Part shown: one piece after another, positions 18,201 through 27,200 of the stretch | Layout: the number at the start of each line of letters is the position of its first letter | How positions within the stretch are numbered: position 1 is the stretch's first letter | Source: an uncultured Acidimicrobiales bacterium | Lineage (GTDB): Bacteria; Actinomycetota; Acidimicrobiia; Acidimicrobiales; UBA10347 | Length of the DNA stretch: 36,303 nt | Assembly (NCBI GenBank): GCA_937942965.1 | Contig: CALDGN010000114.1 | Span: 1-36,303 of the forward strand | Direction of reading: 5' to 3' | Translations under genes and position numbers: made by a program | Notes under the pieces: model-generated | What the model was told of the DNA's origin: nothing | The model's database searches: none | The model's input: only the letters and a program-made list of their open reading frames with translations

Positions 18201-21200
18201 GGTCGATCGTTCCGGCGATCTCGATGGTGACCGAAGCACCTGAGGGGATGTCGAGGGTGAACTCTGCGGGATCGCTCGACACGACCGTGCACGCTGCCGA
18301 AGCGACAACGTCGACGCAACGGGCGACGGCGCCGAGGACATCAGCAGGCACTGCGTCGATGACCGAAGCGCTGACCGAGTCCGACGGCCCGTTGTTCGTA
18401 ACAACCAGCGTGTAGATGATCTCCTCGCCGGCGACGAGAGGATCGGGCGCTGACGTCTTGATGAGCGCCAGATCGGTGACGACGTCGACAGGTACGGGGT
18501 CGGTGGCATCGACATCATTGCCAGAATCCGGATCTGGCGTCGCCGCCACCACCGTGACCTGGTTTGTGATCGGATCAGTGACGCTTGGCGCCACCGCGGT
18601 CTCGAGCACAATCTCGAGCTCTTGGCCTGGTGCGAGCGAGGCGACCGAGCAGACACCGTCGGTGCAGTTCGCCGGCTCGGACACCAGCGTCACGCCCGCT
18701 GGGAGTGCGTCGCTGACAACAACATCGGTTGCGGTCGATGGTCCGTTGTTTCCGACCGTGATCGTCCAGGAGAGGGTCTCCCCTGCCGTCACGGTCGCCG
18801 CATCGGCGGATTTGGTGACATAGACGTCGGCGATCGCGGTGACGGTCGTCTCGTCGGTTGATTCGTCGTTGTCCGGGTTCGGATCAGTGACGCCTGCTGG
18901 CGGCTCGACCGTTGCGGTGTTGGTCAACGTGCCGGTGAGCGATGGGTCGACCGTGCCGTCGACGGTGATCGTGGCTGAGGCGCCCGGCGCGAGCGAGAGC
19001 ATGGCGTCAACGACGCCCGCATCGGCGGTGGCCGAGCACGTGTCCGGTGCGACTGCTGCGCAGCTCACGCTGACGCCGCTGATCTCGGATGGCAGCACGT
19101 CGGTGACGGTGGCACCGCTCACTGCGGAGGGCCCGCTGTTGGTGACGACGATCTCGTACGTGATGCCTTCGCCGGCGACGACCGGAGCAGGCGTCGACGT
19201 TTTCACGATCGACAGGTCAGCTTCGCCAATCGACGGGTTGATGTTCGTGTCGGTGTTGTTGCCTGGAGTTGGGTCCGTGTCGTTCGGACCGGCGGCCACA
19301 CTGGCGGTGTTCTCAAGTGATCCGTCCGAGGCCGGGTCGATGGTGCCCGCGATCTCGACGCTTACGGAAACGCCAGCGGGGATGTCGAGGGTGAACGCAG
19401 CGGGGTCTTGCGAGTCGACCGTGCATGCGGCAGCTGCGACGACATCGGCGCAGCGAGCGATCGCCCCGAGGACGTCTTCAGGCACGTCATCGGTCACGGT
19501 TGCACCGATCGAGTCCGACGGCCCGTTGTTCGTCACAACGATCGTGTAGACGATCTCTTCGCCGGCCACGAGTGGATCCGGAGCAGACGTCTTGACGAGC
19601 GCAAGGTCGGTGACAACATCGATCGGCAAAGGATCGGTCGAGTCAGCGTCGTTGCCAGGTTCTGGATCTGGCGTCGCCGCTTCGACGACAACCTGGTTCG
19701 TGATCGGGTCGGTGATGTCGGAATCGATCGCCGTCTCGAGGACGATCTCGACTTCTTGGCCCGGTGCTAGCGATGCGATCGAGCACACACCGTCGGCGCA
19801 GTTTGCTGGTTCAGCGACGAGCGTGAGGCCAGCCGGTAGCGAGTCGGTCACGACGATGTCGGTGGCGGTCGAGGGTCCGTTGTTGCCGACGGTGATCGTC
19901 CACGACACGTTCTCGCCTGCGACCGCGACGGATGCGTTGGCGGACTTGGTCACGTAGACGTCAGCGATTGCGGTGAGTGTTGCTTCGTCGGTTGCTTCGT
20001 CGTTCGCCGGGTTCGGGTCGGTCACGCCGGCTGGCGGTTCAACGGTTGCCGTGTTCGTCAATGTGCCGGTCGCATCGGCGGCGACAGTCCCGTCAATCGT
20101 GATCGTGGCCGAAGCGCCAGGCGCCAACGAGACGCTGGCGTCGACAACACCTGCGACGGCAGCGGCGGAGCAGGTGTTCGGGGCGACGGCCGCACAAGTC
20201 GCGGCGGCGCCCGAGACTTCGGCGGGCAGGACATCGCGGACTACAGCGCCGCTTACCGAGGACGGGCCGCCGTTCGTGACGACGAGCTCATACGTGATGC
20301 CTTCGCCGGCGACAATCGGGTCGGGCGTTGAGGTCTTGGTGATCGACAGATCGGCCTCGCCCAGCGATGGGTTCACGTTGGTCGATGTGTCGTCGCCATC
20401 GTCAGGATCAGTTGCGCCTGGACCTGGCGCGACCGAGGCGGTGTTGGTCAATGCGCCCTCGAAGGCCGGGTCGATCGTTCCGGTGACCTGCACGCGGACC
20501 GAGGATCCAACGGGGATGTCGAGCGTGGCTTCTGCCGGATCTGATGAGTCGATGGTGCAGCTCGTGCCAGCAGGCACAAGCGCGCACGTTGCGGTGGCGC
20601 CCAGAACGGCGGCCGGCACGGGGTCACTGACGACCGCCCCGACCGCGTCGGATGGGCCCTCGTTGGCAACAACGAGGGTGTAGGTGATCGACTCGCCAGA
20701 GATCAGCGGGTCCGGCGCCGAGGTCTTCACGATGGACAGGTCGGTGATCACGTCGACAGGAACCGCCGGCGTCTCATCGTTGTTGTTGGCCGGGACCGGA
20801 TCAGTCGTGGCCGACGTGACGGTGACGGCGTTGGTGATCGAACCCGTGACGTCGGCAGCGACGAGCGTTTCGAATGCAAGCTCGACCATCTCACCGGGAT
20901 CGATGGCGTCGATGTCGCAGACACCATTGGTGCAGTTCGCCGGTTCGCTGACAAGCGTCAGGCCCGCGGGCAGCGTGTCGGTGACCTCGACGTCAACGGC
21001 CATCGACGGGCCGGCGTTTCCGACAACAACGGTCCACGAGATGGTCTCGCCGGCGGTTACTCGAGCTGCGTCGGCGGTCTTCGTGACCGACAGATCGGCC
21101 TCGGTGTCAAGTGGATTCGTGTCGGTCGATGAGTTGTTGCCCGGCGTTGGATCCGAGGCGTTCGGTCCCGGCACAACCGTCGCCGTGTTCGACAGGGTGC

Positions 21201-24200
21201 CTGTCGCCGAGGCATCCACGGTGCCGTCGACGGCAATCGTGAGTGAGGCACCTGGGTCGAGACTGAAGACGCCCTCGATCACAGAGCCGTTGAGCGCTGC
21301 AGAACAGGTGCCGTCTTCGGGAGCGACGGTGCAGCTGAGTGACGGCGACAAGACTGCGTCGGGAAGTGGGTCCGTGATCGACGCGCCGACCGCACGGGAC
21401 GGTCCGTCGTTCGTCACGACGATTTCGTAGCTGATCGCTTCGCCCGCAGTTGCCGGGTCCGGGGTCGAGGTCTTGACGACGCGTAGATCGGTGACGACCG
21501 ATGGCGTGCCGGGGTCGCCGTCGTCATCGGTGTTGTTCGTCAGGTCTGGGTCCGTCACGCCAACAGGCGCAGTGACGTTGGCGGTGTTCACGAAGCCTGC
21601 GACAGCGGCCGGGTCGACGGTGCCTTCGATCGTGATGGTCGCCGAGGCTCCGGCAACCAAGTCGATGGCGAAGCTCGTCTCCGGGAAGATGGTGGTCTCG
21701 ACGCAGGTGCCGTCGGCGACATCGACGGCGCAGCTTGCGGTCGGTTCAACGACCTCGGGCGGTGTCGTGTCGGTCATCGAGGCGCCGACCACATCGGACG
21801 GGCCGTTGTTTGTGACCACGATCGTGTAGGTGATCGGTGCGCCTGGAACGACCGGATCAGGAGCGCTCGACTTCTCGATCACCAGATCGGCGACGAGACC
21901 CACGGGGACCTCAACCTCGGGCGAGATGTTGTCGGTGGGGTCCGGGTCTGGCGTCGAGGACGTGACCGATGCGTCGTTGAACAGCGCGTCGGTCTGGTTT
22001 GAGTCGACGGCCGTTTCGATGGCGATGTCGATCGTTTCGCCGACGTCGAGCGTCGGGAACGTGCAGCTCACGCTGTTGTCACACTCGGCTCGGTCGACGT
22101 TGAGAACGGTCAGACCAGCGGGAAGCGAGTCGGTGACCTGCACGTCGGCCGCTTGGCTGGGACCGGCATTGGTGACCGCGAGGGTCCAGGTCAAGGTTGA
22201 GCCTGCGACGGCGGTGGTCTCGACCGAGTCCTTGATGATCGACACGTCGGCGCTCGTCACGACCGGCGTGGTGTCGCCGTCGGTGTCATTGCCAGTTACC
22301 GGGTCGGTCTCGTTGCCCGCAACCGATGCGGTGTTCGTGATGGTTGAGCCAGGCGCCAGGTCATCGTCCACGACAAAGGCGATGATGACCGAGCCGTCGT
22401 CACCGGGATCGATTGGGCCAGCGACCGGACACGTCACGATGCCCGCGGCGACAGAGCATCCGGGGGTAGAAGCATCGACGTCGAACGTCGTGTTCGCGGG
22501 CACGGCGTCGGTGACCTCGATGCCGCTCGCCTGCGATGGACCAGCGTTGGCAACCGTCATCGTGTAGCTGACGATCTCACCGGCTGTCACGGTCGCATCG
22601 CCGTCGTCCTTGACGATGGACAGGTCCGCTTCGCGATCGATGTTGCTTGTGGCGCTGTCGTCGTCGTTGTCAGGGTTCGGGTCGGTTTCGGTGGCCGTCA
22701 CGACTGCGTTGTTCGTGACTTGGGCACCGTCGGCAAGGTCGAATGCGACGTTGGCGGTGAAGCTGAACACGGCGCTTCCGTCGGCGGCGATGGTGCCGGC
22801 CGAACACTCGACCGTCTGACCGTTCGGGGTGCAGTCGCCGCTCGCCCACGTCACGCCGGCGGGCAGCGTGTCGTTGACGACGACGTTGGTCGCTTCGGAC
22901 GGGCCAGCGTTTTCGACGGTGATCAGATAGTCGACCGTCTCGCCTGCAACCACGGGATCGGGCAGTGCGGTCTTGGTGACCGACACGTCGGCCGACCGGG
23001 TGACCGGTGTCGATGAGGCGCCTTCGGCCCCATCGGCGTCGTCGGGCGACGCTGCGTTCGCGGTGTTGTCGATCGATGCGCCGTCGGCGAGGTCTGCATC
23101 GGTCGTTGCGACGACCTCGACGACGACTGTGTCACCGACGTTGAGTGAGCGGGTCGGCGCGGTACCGACATCGCAGTTGATGGTGCCGGCGGCTTCGGCA
23201 CAGTCGGCAACGCCCGATACGACGTCGAGCGAGACGAACGTGACGCCGGCGGGCAAGGCATCGGTGAGCGTGACGCTCGAGGCCGACGATGGACCGTCGT
23301 TGGTGAGCGTCAACGTCCACGTGATGTCTTCGCCTGCGACGACCGACGCCGGCGCAGCGCTCTTCGTCAGCATCAGGCCGGCATTGCGGTCGATCGTCGA
23401 AGGTGCGATTGCGTCGTTGTTGTCGAGGTTCGGATCGGTGCCGTCGTAGCCCGTGATCGCGACCGAGTTCTCGAAGGTGTCGCCACCCACAAGGTTGGCG
23501 TCGATGTCGCCAACGATCGTCAAGTCGACCGAGTCACCTGCGGCGACGCCTGGGATCGTGCAGGTGACGAGCGCGGCAGGCGCTCCGTTGGGGAGGTCGT
23601 TGCAGGTGAACTCGCCGCCGGCGAAGGTCACGCCAGCGGGCAGCTGGTCTTGGATGGTGATGTTGGTTGCGTTTGACGGCCCGTTGTTCGAGACGGTGAT
23701 CGTCCATGTGACCTGCTCGCCAGCCACAACGGGTTCGGGCGTCGCACTCTTGGCGATCGCGAGGTCATTGACCTGGGTGATCACGGTGTCTTCGGTGTCG
23801 GTGTTGTTCCCGCTGATCGGATCCGTTTCGTCAGCGCTGACCGAGGCTTCGTTGGTGAGCACCGTGCCGGGCGCAACCAGCGAATCGACCGTGGCCGCGA
23901 TGACGAGGGCGCCTGGCGTGTCGACCGTGACGGCGGGCAGCAGACAGGTGACGACGACACCTGCGGCCGAGCATTCTGCTGACGAGGCAGCAGCGTTGAA
24001 CGTTGTGTCCGGCGGCAGCGTGTCGGTCACGACGACATTGGTCGCGTCGCTGGAGCCGTTGTTGGTAACCGTGAGGTCCCAGACGATGTCGGTGCCCGCG
24101 GCAACCTCGTTCTCGCGATCGACCTTGGTGATTGCCAGGTCGGCTTCGCGGATGACGTCGGTGCTGGTCGGCGCGTTGACCGGATCACCGTTTCCGTCCC

Positions 24201-27200
24201 AGTCGATACTGGCGACGTTGACGATCGCACTGCCATCGAAGAGCGCAGGATCGGTATCTACGGTAATCGTGACTGTGACGGGCACGTCGACCGCGAGGTC
24301 ACCCAGTGCGCACGTCACCAGGCCGGCGGCTTCGGTACAGCCAGGTGCGCTGACGAACTCGGTGCCGGTCGGCAGTGGGTCGGTCAGCACGGCGTTGGCA
24401 GCGATCGATGGGCCGCCATTCTCGGCGACGATCGTGTACGTGATCTGCTCACCGGCAACGACCGGGTCAGGTGACGAGGTCTTGACGAGGCTCACCTGCG
24501 ACTGCTGCTCGATGGTCGTTGATTCGCTCTCGCTGTTGTTGCCTGGGTCCGGGTCGGTCGTTGAAGACGAGGTCGAGGCGGTGTTGTCGATCGGGCCAAG
24601 CTCGCCGGGATCGACGACGACGGCGATCTCGACGCTGGCCGTCTCACCTGGGGCGAGCGTGCCGACGGGGCAGGTGACCGTGCCAGCGGCTTCGGAACAT
24701 GCGGCGGTCGAGCCTGCATCGTCGTAGGTGACGCCGCTCGGCAACAGGTCGGTGATCTCCGCGTTGACGGCGTCGCTCGGGCCGTCGTTGCGGATGGCGA
24801 TCGTCCACACAAGACCCTGGCCGGCGATCGCCGGGTTCACGTCGTGGGTCTTCTCGGTCATGACCAAGTCGGCCGAGGTGTTGACGGTGACGGGAGCGCT
24901 CGCCGACGGCGGGGTCGGGTCGGTCGGCGACGAAGCCACGGCGTTGTTCGTGACGGTTCCGGTCGCATTCGGTAGCACGTCGACGAGGACTTCGACGGTG
25001 CGGGTTTCGCCCGGGCTCATCGTGCCGTAGCCGCAGGCGAGGGTGCCGCCGTCGGCTGCGCCATCGTGGTTGCACGTTGCGGGACCGCTGATGACGGTCG
25101 TCGAGTTGTAGCGGACGCCAGTCGGGAGTGCGTCGTTGACGTTGACCGCTTGCGCGGCGGACGGTCCGGAGTTCGAGATGGTGATGGTGTAGGTCACCTG
25201 CTCGCCAGCGACGACGGGGTTCGGTGTGGCCGTCTTGCTGAGGCTCAGGTTGGCGTCGGCCTCGATCGCCGTGGATTCGTTGGCGTCGTTGTTCGCCGGG
25301 TCCGTATCGGTCGTGTCGGTGGTGACGGATGCTTCGTTGACGGCGAACACCGAGGTGGTTTCGGCATCGACGGTGCCGTTGATCGTGATGGTGACGCCTT
25401 CGCCGGCGCCGAGCGTTGCAAGGTCGCACGTGAGGAGACCCCCGAATGCAGCACCGTCATGGGTGCACGACGCACCGCTCGCGCTTGAGAAGCTCACCTG
25501 CGCGGGGAGCGTGTCGGTCACGATCGTGTTGGCGGAGGCCGATGGACCTGCGTTGTCGACCTGCAGCGTCCAGCCGATGGACTGGCCGGCGACTACGGGG
25601 TCTGCGAGGTCGGTCTTGGTGATCGAGACGTCAGCCTGAGGCGTAACCGGCGTGTCGGTCGTGGAGCTGTCGTTGTCGGTGTTCGGGTCCGCGGTGTCCG
25701 AAGAAACGGTCGCCGTGTTTGCGATCGATGCTGTGGTCGCGTCGTCAACATCAGCCTCGACGACGATCGTGACTTCGGCGTCGGGGGCAAGGTCACCGAG
25801 CGTGCAGGTGAGCGTGCCTCCGGCCAAGGCTCCGTCGTGGGAGCAGTTGGCATCGTCAACCGAGACGAACGCAAGCGAGCTTGGCAGCACATCGACGAGT
25901 TGCGTGTTCGCCGCGGTGCTTGGCCCGTTGTTGGAGACGACGAAGGTGTAGGTGATCGGCGTGCCCGGGACGACTGGTTCCGGCGACGCTGTCTTGACGA
26001 CCGCCGTGTCGGCACGGCGCTCGATGGTGGTGTCTTCGGTTGCGGCCACTCCGACCGCGTCTTCGTCACTCGTCACGGTCGCCGAGTTCGTAACGGTGCC
26101 GTCAGGGGCTGCGGCGTCGACGGTGAACGCCAGGTTGACCGAGTCGGTTCCACCGGGTGCGATGAGGCCGAGATCGCATTCGATGGTGCCGGCATTGTCG
26201 ACACAGTTCGCCGACGAGTTCAGCGGGTCGAAGGTCAAGCCGGCTGGCGGGGTGTCGGTGATCGTGACGCCGTCGGCGTCAGATGGGCCGGCGTTGCCAG
26301 CTTCGAGCGTGTAGATCACAAGCTCGCCCGCGGTGACGGGGTCGACGTTGTCGACCTTGGTCAGCGAGAGGCCGACGTCGGCGGTCACGTCGACCGGGAC
26401 CGTGCTCTCATTGTTGCCGGGATCGGGGTCCGGTTCGTCGGCGGACACCGTTGCCGTGTTGGGCAACAGGTCGATGCCAGGTTGGACCGATGCGTCGACC
26501 GTGACTTCGATCGTCAAGATCTCGGTGGTGCTGGCCTCGATGATGCCGAGGTCACAGGTGATCGTGCCCGCAGCGTCGGTACACCCGGCGGGCAGGCTGA
26601 CAACGGTGAGTCCTGCGGGAAGTGGGTCGAGCACGGCTGCAGTGGTGGCGTCGGACGGGCCGAGGTTGTCGACCGTGAGCGTGTAGGTCAGGTTCTGGCC
26701 TGCGACCACAGGGTCCGGTGCGACCGTCTTGACGATCGCAAGGTCGGCCTCGCGCTGCACGTTGACGACGGCGTCGCCGGTGACTTCGGTCGCCGCATCC
26801 GCGGTTCCGGAAACCGTGTTGGTCGCCAGGCTGTCGTCGGGTGTCGATGCATCGACGGTGGCGACGATCGTGACGGTGACCGTCTGGTTCGGTGCGATCG
26901 TGCCGAACGTACAGGTGACGTCTCCGCCCGCGAGCGAACCATCGTGGGAGCAGACGCCGTCGGGAGAAGTCGAGCTCACGTGGCTGACTTCGGCGGGCAG
27001 CGTGTCGACGATCTGCGCGTTGTCTGCGTCGGACGGGCCTTCATTGAGGAACGTGACGGTGTAGGTGACGTCCTCGCCGGCGCGGACAGGGCTCGGCGTC
27101 ACGATCTTGCCGATCGAGAGGTTGACCTCATTGATGGAGTTGGTCGTTTCGACGGCCGTCGCGCCGACCGGATCTTCGGTCGCGGTGACGGTTGCGGTGT

